From IMG/VR virus record IMGVR_UViG_3300027865_000006: DNA of 20,000 nt; one strand, given 5' to 3'. The stretch's first letter is position 1, and the number at the start of each line of letters is the position of its first letter. The notes beneath the pieces were generated by a model, which saw only the letters and a list, made by a program, of their open reading frames with translations, did not search any database and was not told the DNA's origin. This DNA is from an uncultured virus (IMG/VR IMGVR_UViG_3300027865_000006). Taxonomy: Duplodnaviria > Heunggongvirae > Uroviricota > Caudoviricetes. Shown piece after piece: positions 1-8,084 of this stretch. The position numbers and the translations under genes are program-made.

Positions 1-117
1 AAACATTTAGATCCCACCAAAACAATTATGCTTTGTACAAGTGGCCCATTAGATCCCCTCGTGCTTCAAAACAGCGACGGAGATCACATAGCCGTCATAA
101 TGCCTATGCGTATTTGA
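1..117 (+). CDS. dnaN: DNA polymerase III beta sliding clamp-like protein, C-terminal fragment (5' truncated)
   Basis: Frame 1 reads KHLDPTKTIMLCTSGPLDPLVLQNSDGDHIAVIMPMRI*. The P-x-x-P-hydrophobic segment plus terminal VIMPMRI matches the typical beta-clamp C-terminus. Only 38 aa visible; not in the ORF track. Confidence 0.7.
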   Translation, partial: KHLDPTKTIMLCTSGPLDPLVLQNSDGDHIAVIMPMRI

Positions 118-129
118 TGAGGTGGATTG

Positions 130-153
130 AAAGGGGGAATCATTCCCCCTTTT
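130..153 (+). terminator. Rho-independent terminator, possibly bidirectional
   Basis: AAAGGGGGAA-TCA-TTCCCCCTTTT inverted repeat with T-tail just after the tandem TGA stops at 115-120. Confidence 0.7.
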
Positions 154-184
154 ACTCGGTTTTATCAAACGAAAGGGAAACAAC

Positions 185-604
185 ATGAATTTAGCAGAAA
201 AATTTGAAGTGCTTGCTTATAAGACTAACCACTTTCCGATCGCTAAACACCATTGTGTGGCTACAATTAAAGATTTAAATTCGCGAGATATTTACGCTCT
301 TTTTACAGATGGTTCAGTCGCGAAATGGATTGATGAATGTTGTAATTGGTTTGAGCAAGGGGAACGGGTCTTTGTGAATACTGCCGAAGAGTTTGGGGAT
401 GGAAATGAGCCTTTAATCGGCGAGACTCCTGAACGGGTGTTAGAAGATCCTGCGTTAGTGGCGTTAGTGGCTGACTGGGCTAAGCAATGTGAAGGTGATT
501 TTGAGGCCCACCGAAAACTTATCCGGGTTGAATTTGCAAAAGCACTAAAACCCGCCACATGGGACGGCAAGCGATGGTTGGAGGGTGAATCATGTATGAA
601 GTGA
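185..604 (+). CDS. Hypothetical protein (139 aa)
   Basis: ORF with SD GAAAGGGA at 171-178; overlaps next gene. Confidence 0.8.
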   Translation: MNLAEKFEVLAYKTNHFPIAKHHCVATIKDLNSRDIYALFTDGSVAKWIDECCNWFEQGERVFVNTAEEFGDGNEPLIGETPERVLEDPALVALVADWAKQCEGDFEAHRKLIRVEFAKALKPATWDGKRWLEGESCMK

Positions 605-1065
605 AATTATTGAAAGGCACCGAACCGTTGCGTGTATGGCCTAGCTCGACACTCGCAGCAGCGGGGCAAGCCTATGTCAATCCTGGCCTCCTCGCTCCGA
701 TTGGCACAATTGCGCAGGCAACCTGTGTGACGCTTTCAAACCCAGATTCATTTCTGGGGGGGTTACGCCGTAGACCAGATGAACTCATTTGGATAATTGC
801 GTGTGAGCATGACCAGCGCGTGGAGGTGCATGAATTGTCTTATGCGCTACTGAGGAAACCACTGGAGAAACTCCACAAGCAGATCCTAGCTTGGTTTCCT
901 TACCTGGATCCATGGCGTGCCGTTGCGATTGCGTCCGGTTTGCGCGATTGCGCTTTCATGCGTCTCAGCAAATGGGTTACGTTGGATTTGGTTGAGGTCG
1001 ATCCGAGACATTGTGAACTAAAATTACTCAAACGCGCACAGGAGATAGATAATGAGACGAGTTGA
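592..1065 (+). CDS. Hypothetical protein (157 aa)
   Basis: SD GGAGGG at 580-585; short overlaps with both neighbours. Confidence 0.75.
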   Translation: MYEVKLLKGTEPLRVWPSSTLAAAGQAYVNPGLLAPIGTIAQATCVTLSNPDSFLGGLRRRPDELIWIIACEHDQRVEVHELSYALLRKPLEKLHKQILAWFPYLDPWRAVAIASGLRDCAFMRLSKWVTLDLVEVDPRHCELKLLKRAQEIDNETS

Positions 1066-1393
1066 ATACCCAACTCCCGCGCAAATGGTTCATAGCGAGC
1101 CATTTGAGCTCAACACCATCAAACGGCTTCACAAGCTCTTCCCGAAGGAGAGTCGGCTACGGTTGACCTACGGATTTCCGGAAGATGAATGTTGTGATTT
1201 GGAAATCGAGTATCAGGTAAAAAAGGGTGGTCGCTGGCGAGCTATTGGATTCGCTCAAGGATCGATGCTGTTTAAATGGCTTCCGGAAGGCAGCTCGGGC
1301 GAGTTTCTCGGCTGGATTCATGATTTGTATCATGACAAGGTTGATATCGAGAATTCCCCCGTGGATAAGCTCCACGAAGATTGTTTCACGTGA
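1052..1393 (+). CDS. Hypothetical protein (113 aa)
   Basis: SD AGGAG at 1040-1044; last gene before a 267-bp intergenic region. Confidence 0.75.
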   Translation: MRRVEYPTPAQMVHSEPFELNTIKRLHKLFPKESRLRLTYGFPEDECCDLEIEYQVKKGGRWRAIGFAQGSMLFKWLPEGSSGEFLGWIHDLYHDKVDIENSPVDKLHEDCFT

Positions 1394-1463
1394 TGAAGCC
1401 GAAAACCTAGCGTGACTAGGTTTTGAACTTGAAATTGATACCATCATTTGGTAGTTAGTTTGC

Positions 1464-1572
1464 GCGCCAGTTGTTCTTTCAGTGCTACGTTGGAACTATT
1501 TTTAACGAGCCTTCGAGACAAGCTCGCTATTTGGTGGATGGAGCCTCACCCTCTATCCCTGGCGCATTTTTT
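1464..1572 (+). ncRNA. Candidate structured RNA A (cloverleaf topology, not a canonical tRNA)
   Basis: 7-bp closing stem GCGCCAG(1464-70)/CTGGCGC(1559-65); arms GTTC/GAAC, CGAGC/GCTCG, GGATGGAG/CTCTATCC; then A and T6. G-U pairs work only on the + strand. Confidence 0.5.
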
Positions 1573-1649
1573 CTTACGCCCTCAAAGCTCCGTTACTCGC
1601 TGAGTTACTTTCCCTTTCGCAGGGGGTAACGGGGCTCTGAGGTCGCAAG
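1573..1649 (+). ncRNA. Candidate structured RNA or leader B (long hairpin with pyrimidine-rich loop)
   Basis: CCTCA(1580-84)/TGAGG(1638-42), AGCTCCGTTAC(1586-96)/GTAACGGGGCT(1626-36), CTG/CAG; loop AGTTACTTTCCCTTTCG; ends right at the helicase SD. Confidence 0.5.
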
Positions 1650-1660
1650 AGGAGAAAATT

Positions 1661-3916
1661 ATGGGTGAATTTAAGGGTCGAGTGACTCGGGTGCATAGAT
1701 CCGGGGAAGAATGGAGTTCTGGCCGGATTTATTGCCACCATCTCGATAAGGAGATTGGCTTTGCTGGCTCTTGTTACGCCTCGACGGGTGTGACTATGAC
1801 GCTTTACGGGGAGCTGGTCACAGATCCCAAGTGGGGTCAGCAAATCAAGGTTACGTCCGGCCAAGTCGACCTGACGTTTACGGCGCAAGGGCTGATTGAC
1901 TATCTCACCGACGAAAACAAATTCGAGCATATCGGGCCGGTGCGTGCTCGTGCTCTAGTCGACGAATTCGGAGTGGACGGTTTTCAAAAGCGCGCTGAAG
2001 ATCCCTCGCGTCACATGGATTTCGCGAAGATCAACGGAGTCACCGCCGAAACTGCTAAGGGGATCCATGATCATTGGCAGGAAGCCAAGACGGTTAATGC
2101 CCTCATGGTCGCGTTCCGAACCTATGGACTCGACCACGCGCGTGCAATCCAGGTTGTAAGAGCCCTTGGCGGTACCGCTGTGCTGCTATTGAGGGAAGAT
2201 CCCTATCGGTTGATTGACCTGGCTGGCGTGCCTTTCGCTGAAATCGATAAAGTAGAGAGAGCGGGTGGTATCGATAAGCGGGATGTTCGCCGAATAGCTG
2301 GCGTGGTTCTATCCGTCCTCACGCATCACGCAAAGGACGGGCACACTCGTATGGACCATAAGGCCCTCCTGACCGCTGCGCGCAATTACAGCGCCTATAT
2401 GGGGCTTTCTGTCGAGAAGATGCAGGAAGCCGAGAAATACCGAGCTGGGTTGTCCTCTGGATCTCCATTTCAGTTGCTGGAGTATGGCGCGGCTTTGACC
2501 AGGCTCCTAAAAGCCGAGCAAGATTTCTACCAGTGGGTTGTAAAGAGCCGGTCGCAGCCTTCGCAGCTTGCGAAGCGTACACACACAGCTAGTGCTGTAG
2601 CACCGTCTGAATTAACCGCGCAGCAGCAACAAGCCTTTAAGCTCTGCCTGAATTCTTCTGTGACTTGGATTTATGGCCTCGCTGGCACCGGCAAAAGTTA
2701 CAGCGCGAGGATGATTTGCGATCTGTATTCAGCAGCGGGAATGAGTGTGATGCTCATGGCCCCTACGGGCAAGGCTGCGAAGCGTCTCGAGGAGTCTACT
2801 GGACGGGTGGCCACCACTATTCATAGGGGTCTCGCGTGCCGTCCGAAAGTCGGCGGGGCGTCCGGTAAACTGAAGTTTACGTTCGAGGGCGATCCCCTCG
2901 AGGCTCAGCTCATCATAGTCGACGAAGTTTCCATGGTTGACTCCGAATTAATGGGTCACTTAATACGTCGTATTGATCTCACGCGAACATCTGTGATTTT
3001 TATGGGTGATGTCAATCAACTCGTACCAGTGGGAGCGGGGCAACCTGCCGTAGATATTCATAAATTTGAATGTTGCGTGCCTATGGTTCAATTGACCGAA
3101 ATCGTAAGGCAAGCGGGTAAACTCGCGCACTATTGTGTTGATGTATTGGATAACAAAGTACGTGAAACTACGGACTATGAGAACGGGTGGATACTGCGCA
3201 CGAGTGTTCAGGCTACCGATACCTACGAACATATTCTAGGGGCTTTCGAATCCAAGTGGACGGAAGAGTACGACTCGTTTTCGGATATTCAAATACTCAC
3301 TCCTCAGAATCGAGGACCGTTAGGGGTCAACACACTCAACATCGTATTGCAGCGCCATTTTCAACTTTCGCGCTACGGAATCCATACGGATACACCGCTC
3401 GATGGCCACCCTCAAATCATGGTGGGAGACAAGGTTATCCAAACGAAAAACGATTACAATTTGGGGATCTTTAACGGTGATACTGGAATCGTTTTGGAAG
3501 TCGTAGAAGATCAGTTTCATACCTACAAAAAAGGGTCGATTTGCGTGGACTTTGGCTTGATCGATCCTGTATGGTTGTTAACATCAGGGGGATCTTCAAA
3601 TACTAATCAGACCAAGAATCTCAAGCTAGCATACGCGCTCACAGTCCACAAAGCTCAGGGCTCTGAATACCCTTGTGTCATCGCAGTCGTAGACCGAATA
3701 CATAAACATATGCTTACCCGTTCTTGGCTCTACACAGCCGTGACAAGGGCGCAAGAATCGATCTGCATTCTCGGCCAACTATCCGCTGCTCAAACCGCAG
3801 CCAGGCAAATACATTCACCAATCGCGAAGACTCAAGGCCCACGGCAGACCTACCTCAGTGCCCTCCTCTTGGAGGAGGATCTTGCTAACTGGTCTGAGGA
3901 GGAAACCAAATCATGA
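1661..3916 (+). CDS. recD2: RecD2-like ATP-dependent SF1B DNA helicase (751 aa)
   Basis: N-terminal OB-like region (G.LVTDPKWGQQ), HhH-like IGPVRA, EDPYRL, Walker A GLAGTGKS, APTGKAAKRL, DEVSMVD, GDVNQL, GDKVIQTKNDY, NGDTG, YALTVHKAQGSEY, LYTAVTRA. Confidence 0.95.
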   Translation: MGEFKGRVTRVHRSGEEWSSGRIYCHHLDKEIGFAGSCYASTGVTMTLYGELVTDPKWGQQIKVTSGQVDLTFTAQGLIDYLTDENKFEHIGPVRARALVDEFGVDGFQKRAEDPSRHMDFAKINGVTAETAKGIHDHWQEAKTVNALMVAFRTYGLDHARAIQVVRALGGTAVLLLREDPYRLIDLAGVPFAEIDKVERAGGIDKRDVRRIAGVVLSVLTHHAKDGHTRMDHKALLTAARNYSAYMGLSVEKMQEAEKYRAGLSSGSPFQLLEYGAALTRLLKAEQDFYQWVVKSRSQPSQLAKRTHTASAVAPSELTAQQQQAFKLCLNSSVTWIYGLAGTGKSYSARMICDLYSAAGMSVMLMAPTGKAAKRLEESTGRVATTIHRGLACRPKVGGASGKLKFTFEGDPLEAQLIIVDEVSMVDSELMGHLIRRIDLTRTSVIFMGDVNQLVPVGAGQPAVDIHKFECCVPMVQLTEIVRQAGKLAHYCVDVLDNKVRETTDYENGWILRTSVQATDTYEHILGAFESKWTEEYDSFSDIQILTPQNRGPLGVNTLNIVLQRHFQLSRYGIHTDTPLDGHPQIMVGDKVIQTKNDYNLGIFNGDTGIVLEVVEDQFHTYKKGSICVDFGLIDPVWLLTSGGSSNTNQTKNLKLAYALTVHKAQGSEYPCVIAVVDRIHKHMLTRSWLYTAVTRAQESICILGQLSAAQTAARQIHSPIAKTQGPRQTYLSALLLEEDLANWSEEETKS

Positions 3917-4191
3917 GTGAGGTAAGCAGAAACCGTAATACTAAATTCTTTTTCGCTTTCCTGGGTCTCCTGTTCGGCGTTGTCGTAACTCTTTCAGGGT
4001 TACGTGGTTTACACGAACCTCGCGTCGAGATTCCAGTTGAGCCTTCCGAGGATACCAGTGCTGACGCGCAGTACGACCGGCTAATCGAAAAGTGTCGCGC
4101 TGCCTGTAAACCCAATGCAGTGAAGTCTTGCACCATGATTAATGACTGGGGCGTGTGGCCTCGAATTGAATGCTGGGGGCCGAAGCTATGA
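3913..4191 (+). CDS. Small membrane-anchored protein with Cys-containing C-terminus (92 aa)
   Basis: ATGA coupling to helicase; hydrophobic FFFAFLGLLFGVVVTL; four Cys in C-terminal part. Confidence 0.75.
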   Translation: MSEVSRNRNTKFFFAFLGLLFGVVVTLSGLRGLHEPRVEIPVEPSEDTSADAQYDRLIEKCRAACKPNAVKSCTMINDWGVWPRIECWGPKL

Positions 4192-4553
4192 AGTTACTTT
4201 TAGCCCATTTTAAAGAGCTCTATGATCTTCCTGAAGAGTGGACCTGGCAGAGATCCGATGCAATGACTTTCCCCGGATTTTGGATGCTTACGGGAGCTGT
4301 GTACGCTCCGTGTAAATCAGGCAAGCGTAAAGGCCAGCCTAACTGGCGCAAGCCTTTGAGCCCCAAAAGAACCTTGCTTATCGCTGAAGACGCCCACCGA
4401 GCATGGACAGAAGAATGGTCAAAGCGCACTGGTCTTTGCGTTAGGTGTACGGGGGACGGTGCGACTTTGAAATCCTGGGATCATATCAAAGGAGCAACAC
4501 TTAGACCCTGCCCTAAGTGCGACGGTACGGGGAAACGCGAGGGGAAGCTATGA
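4188..4553 (+). CDS. Hypothetical protein with DnaJ-type CxxCxGxG zinc finger (121 aa)
   Basis: Start moved to ATG 4188 (ATGA overlap). Motifs CVRCTGDG and CPKCDGTG. Confidence 0.8.
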   Translation: MKLLLAHFKELYDLPEEWTWQRSDAMTFPGFWMLTGAVYAPCKSGKRKGQPNWRKPLSPKRTLLIAEDAHRAWTEEWSKRTGLCVRCTGDGATLKSWDHIKGATLRPCPKCDGTGKREGKL

Positions 4554-4864
4554 CTAGAGCTGAATTACTCCTACGTCTAAACGTAATCGCTGGCGAGGAT
4601 ATGAAAGCCACGAAAGACACACTAGCTTTCGAGGACTCATGGGTGCCTGATCGGTGGTTTCGCGAATGTCTTCCTGGGTATGGCCCTTTGATGCGCTGCG
4701 AAAATGATCACGTGTCAACCCAGGGACTGCAAACCGAGGACCAAGGAATTTTATGTTTTGGGTGTTGGGCGAAGGTGGTCTGGACCTTTCCGGAAGACGA
4801 GAACGGACCCCTCGAGGATAGCTGGACGAGACTTCAAAAACTACGCGAGAAGGATCAAAGATGA
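4550..4864 (+). CDS. Hypothetical protein, possible zinc ribbon (104 aa)
   Basis: Start moved to ATG 4550 (ATGA overlap, SD GAGGGG). CENDH...CFGC pattern. Confidence 0.75.
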   Translation: MTRAELLLRLNVIAGEDMKATKDTLAFEDSWVPDRWFRECLPGYGPLMRCENDHVSTQGLQTEDQGILCFGCWAKVVWTFPEDENGPLEDSWTRLQKLREKDQR

Positions 4865-5166
4865 CTGAATTTAACTGGGAACGAGGCGTGAAATTGTGCC
4901 GCGAGGCTGAAGAGATGGAAGCTCAACTAGAGTGGTTCGACACTATAGCCCCAATAGAGCTTGACGTGCTGATCTCGAAGAAGGGGATTATGTGGGAAGC
5001 GCTTTGCGATGACGACCACGTGGACTTTGCCGACCTCGAAATAGTCAACGCTGTATGCAAGGCTGCCGTTGCAACACTCCGAAAGCAACTGTTTGATAAA
5101 CGCGAAGAGCTTCAAGAGCTCCTACTCGCGAAACCTGGCCGTCACGGGAAGGTGGAAGATGACTGA
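4861..5166 (+). CDS. Hypothetical acidic helical protein (101 aa)
   Basis: ATGA coupling, SD AAGGA. Confidence 0.75.
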   Translation: MTEFNWERGVKLCREAEEMEAQLEWFDTIAPIELDVLISKKGIMWEALCDDDHVDFADLEIVNAVCKAAVATLRKQLFDKREELQELLLAKPGRHGKVEDD

Positions 5167-5452
5167 AGAAACCACCATGACCAGCACTGACGTGTTTGAA
5201 TTGCGCGGACGGCTTAACATCGATGTTCCCATGTTCGCCGCTATGCTCGGAATGTCTCAGAACGTGGTACATGCCTGGGAAGCTGGGGTTCTGCTAGTGA
5301 GCCCTAAATTCAGTTCGATACTCTTTGGGTTGAAAGACGCGCTGGACACTATCGAAGGCGAGGATACGAGTAATCTCGTGACTAACCTCATCGCGCAAGG
5401 CGGCTTGTTTCCCGCGACTATTGAGGCTGCGCACAAGTCGATGGGAAAGTAA
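5159..5452 (+). CDS. XRE-family helix-turn-helix protein (97 aa)
   Basis: LRGRLNIDVPMFAAMLGMSQNVVHAWEAG fits the XRE/HTH_3 pattern. Start moved to ATG 5159 (alternative 5177). Confidence 0.8.
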   Translation: MTEETTMTSTDVFELRGRLNIDVPMFAAMLGMSQNVVHAWEAGVLLVSPKFSSILFGLKDALDTIEGEDTSNLVTNLIAQGGLFPATIEAAHKSMGK

Positions 5453-5493
5453 GTGAGCTGGCTACGCGAAAACGCGAAGTTTGGCTCACCTTT
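5453..5493 (+). terminator. Intergenic hairpin (weak terminator or processing site)
   Basis: GTGAGC(5453-58)/GCTCAC(5484-89) enclosing CGCG-AAAA-CGCG; only a short CTTT tail. Confidence 0.4.
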
Positions 5494-5525
5494 GCAAACG
5501 TAATAATCTGAACAGGGGAAGAGTG

Positions 5526-5981
5526 ATGACAACATGTAAAGAATGCAGGCAATACACCTTCGTGAATATGAGCGTGGATGAGAATAGCCTCCTTGCCTAC
5601 TCCGCGAGTTCTCCACATTGGTGCAATCACTACAAGCGGGAGCTAACTGATCGCGAGGCTACAGAGGTTCCGTATAGACAAACCTGCGTAGGGTTTGGGT
5701 GGAAGGAGATCGTTGTGGATAAGCCTAAAACCTACATAGATTGGCGGCGAATCTCAGTGTTGAGTGTGAGCCTGGCTGACCGTGACGCGGAGATGAAGTT
5801 CTGTGAGGATTACATGGACAAGGAAGTCACCGTCACGGTCAGGGCTCCGGATTCGAACACAGTCATAACGGCTATAGGCCAGGGACCAGACACCGGAAAG
5901 ATGCTCATGGATCTGCACAAGAAACTTTTGGAGAGTTCTTTGAAGCTCCGAGAAGAGCTGGATGAATTATTAAATGAATAA
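5526..5981 (+). CDS. Hypothetical protein with N-terminal four-Cys module and C-terminal coiled coil (151 aa)
   Basis: SD AGGGGA, start ATG 5526 (or GTG 5523); CKEC...WC...CVGF. Confidence 0.75.
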   Translation: MTTCKECRQYTFVNMSVDENSLLAYSASSPHWCNHYKRELTDREATEVPYRQTCVGFGWKEIVVDKPKTYIDWRRISVLSVSLADRDAEMKFCEDYMDKEVTVTVRAPDSNTVITAIGQGPDTGKMLMDLHKKLLESSLKLREELDELLNE

Positions 5982-6046
5982 TTGAAGTACCCCCGCGCTC
6001 CCAAAGGGTAACAAAACCAGGCGCGGTTAGCAAGAAAGGGATCACC

Positions 6047-6769
6047 ATGAATCGCAAAAATGTAATCTTTTTATCGCTCGTTTTACTAGCCGTAATTGGC
6101 TGCAATCGAGGCTACACATTGCACACCACGCCGATCAACAAGATCGCAGTGATCGGGCCTTCTGTTTACGGTGTTCAGGGCGTGCTCGACACCGGCAAAG
6201 GCTCAGTTTGGCGCACTGGCGTTGTGACTGGCGGTGATAAGTCCACTGGAGACGCTTTTGAAGCTGCAATCAGACAAATCCGTTTGGACACTGAGGCCTC
6301 CTTCTCGGAGCTCTACGAAGTAGTGTCCTCGGATTGGTTCTTAGAGCGTCCGGACGTGATCGCTTTGTCAGAAGGCTGCGCTGCACGGGCGGATTGCCAA
6401 GTGAATTCACGAGGGGAGCTGCTTGGTAGTTTCGGGCGAAACATTGGCGGGGTGAGTTCCGCAGCAATACCCACCGAGAAAATTATTGAGCTTTGCAACT
6501 TGCTCGAGGTGGACGGAATCTTGATAGTGTCCTCACATTGGAAGTCGCTTGGCAAGTTCGTCAAGCAGGCTTACTCGCACTCCATAGCTAGGTTGTATGA
6601 CCGGGAAGGCAATCACATATATGTTGCTGAAGGCGAGGCATATGGCGGGGCAGTGGGCGGCTGGAAGATCACTGCGATGAATGCAAAGACACTACCGAAA
6701 TGGGCGGAAGCTCATAGGATTGCTACCGAGCAGAACCTAGAAAAATTCAAGGAGGCTATAAATGACTGA
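6047..6769 (+). CDS. Lipoprotein (240 aa)
   Basis: Signal peptide II MNRKNVIFLSLVLLAVIG-C; SD GAAAGGGA; alpha/beta body with KIAVIG and LEVDGILIV. Confidence 0.8.
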   Translation: MNRKNVIFLSLVLLAVIGCNRGYTLHTTPINKIAVIGPSVYGVQGVLDTGKGSVWRTGVVTGGDKSTGDAFEAAIRQIRLDTEASFSELYEVVSSDWFLERPDVIALSEGCAARADCQVNSRGELLGSFGRNIGGVSSAAIPTEKIIELCNLLEVDGILIVSSHWKSLGKFVKQAYSHSIARLYDREGNHIYVAEGEAYGGAVGGWKITAMNAKTLPKWAEAHRIATEQNLEKFKEAIND

Positions 6770-7010
6770 AAATCGAGCTAAACTCACGCTAGTCCTACCT
6801 GAAGGCACTGAAGACACTCCAGCTACTGAGGCGCTAATTCTAGCGATGTTCGGGCTTGCGGGGCAGCACGATTTGAAGCTCAGTCTTTTAACTGGCGAAA
6901 GCGTTTCACCTATCACGGTATCAGGGGATATAGATTTAGTTTATGCAGAGAAGATCAAGCAAGCGGCTTTGAGTTATGTGCATATCTGGGAGTCTTCGAA
7001 GCCATCGTAA
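6762..7010 (+). CDS. Hypothetical protein (82 aa)
   Basis: Strong SD AAGGAGG; 8-nt overlap with lipoprotein stop. Confidence 0.75.
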   Translation: MTENRAKLTLVLPEGTEDTPATEALILAMFGLAGQHDLKLSLLTGESVSPITVSGDIDLVYAEKIKQAALSYVHIWESSKPS

Positions 7011-7714
7011 AAACCCTTCTCGAAATTATCCAAAATTCGTTTGATTGTTTTCGGGTCAAATGACTTGCCATTGCGCTGGTAAACTCCCTTGTCGGCTAGT
7101 TTAGCGGCAATTTTGCGGTAGCTTTCGCCCTTGGGCTCTGCAGTTCTCAAGTCGTGCATAAAGCGCAAAGCACCCATTTCATCCAAGTTGTATTCGAGGT
7201 GCATGGGATCGTCGTCGCACTTCTTCAGGCCGTAAGGCACAAGCCCGCCAATGTGCTCCAGGTTGCGCCTCTTGAATTGCATGACCGCTGATACTCGTTC
7301 CGAGGTTTGCTCCCGCTCTAGCTGCGCCAGCGAGCCCAAGAGATTCAAGCCGAACCGACCCATTGCCGTATCCGTATCGATGTTGTCACTCATGGAGATG
7401 AGCCGGTAGGCGCTTTTCGAATGGAAGTACAAATCGACTAGCCCTAGCAGGTCTTTGAGCGTGCGTGTGAGGCGGTCAATCTTTACTATGAGCAGAGCCT
7501 CGACTTCATTGTTGTCGAGCATACGCAGGGCGCTCTTGAGGCCCTCGCGCTTTTCGATGGTAGAGCCAGAAATCCCTTCGTCGCTTTTGATGTCTATGAG
7601 GTCAAGCTCCTTGGCATGAGCAAACGACTTCATGCGATCTGCTTGCTCTGCTAGGGAGTGCCCTCGCTCGGCTTGCATGACCGTGGAGACTCGTATGTAG
7701 CCAACTGTCTTCAT
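6974..7714 (-). CDS. Serine recombinase (resolvase catalytic domain plus short recombinase-type DNA-binding domain, 246 aa)
   Basis: GYIRVST (catalytic Ser), SDEGISG, R.GL, KIDRLTR, IDTDTAMGR, AQLEREQTSER, GG..PYG, SYRKIAAKL. True start ATG 7714 (SD GAAAGG, ATGA overlap), not 7873. Confidence 0.93.
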   Translation of the reverse strand: MKTVGYIRVSTVMQAERGHSLAEQADRMKSFAHAKELDLIDIKSDEGISGSTIEKREGLKSALRMLDNNEVEALLIVKIDRLTRTLKDLLGLVDLYFHSKSAYRLISMSDNIDTDTAMGRFGLNLLGSLAQLEREQTSERVSAVMQFKRRNLEHIGGLVPYGLKKCDDDPMHLEYNLDEMGALRFMHDLRTAEPKGESYRKIAAKLADKGVYQRNGKSFDPKTIKRILDNFEKGFYDGFEDSQICT

Positions 7715-7965
7715 GGTGCCTTTCCCGGCCACGCGCCTATTATTACGGTGTGCTCTGTTCGGGTTGTTCGGATGCTTCGCGACTTGCCCGCTATGGAATG
7801 CACGAAACCACCGTCCACTAGTCGGTCGAGCATGTAGGCAATCGAAGTAGCGGTTCGTTTTACGAGGCCGCATAGTTCTAGCTGTGTTGGAGCACTTCCG
7901 TGCTCTAGCCAGTATCCTTCAATAGCTTCGATGTATTCTAGCTGTGTTGGTGTTGGTTGATTCAT
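7711..7965 (-). CDS. LexA N-terminal DNA-binding-domain-only protein (84 aa)
   Basis: T..Q...I......G.APT..EL.......S....L..L...GF....GKSRSIR matches the LexA winged HTH; no peptidase domain. Confidence 0.85.
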   Translation of the reverse strand: MNQPTPTQLEYIEAIEGYWLEHGSAPTQLELCGLVKRTATSIAYMLDRLVDGGFVHSIAGKSRSIRTTRTEHTVIIGAWPGKAP

Positions 7966-8084
7966 TATTTGTCCTCATTATCGTTATCGAGGAGATGAGC
8001 GGTGAGCCCTACAATAAGTAGGATTATTATGAATCCAATTAAGACTCCCCAAAGCCCAAAAAAGACTATTTCCCAAGTGCTCAT
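7965..8084 (-). CDS. Small single-pass membrane peptide (39 aa)
   Basis: MSTWEIVFFGLWGVLIGFIIILLIVGLTAHLLDNDNEDK*. Fills the gap exactly, with ATGA overlap upstream and TAATG overlap downstream; below ORF-track cutoff. Confidence 0.8.
   Translation of the reverse strand: MSTWEIVFFGLWGVLIGFIIILLIVGLTAHLLDNDNEDK

Noticed and set aside
290..330. RNase HI-like FTDGS motif in the gene at 185
   Set aside because: No other RNase H motifs follow and the motif is not at the N-terminus.
1464..1566. Canonical tRNA gene
   Set aside because: No TTCRA T-loop, D-loop GG, 7-nt anticodon loop or CCA; kept only as a tRNA-shaped candidate.
6974..7965. IS607-family element or large serine integrase
   Set aside because: No N-terminal MerR-like HTH and no tnpB; too short and lacks the zinc-ribbon/coiled-coil region of large integrases.
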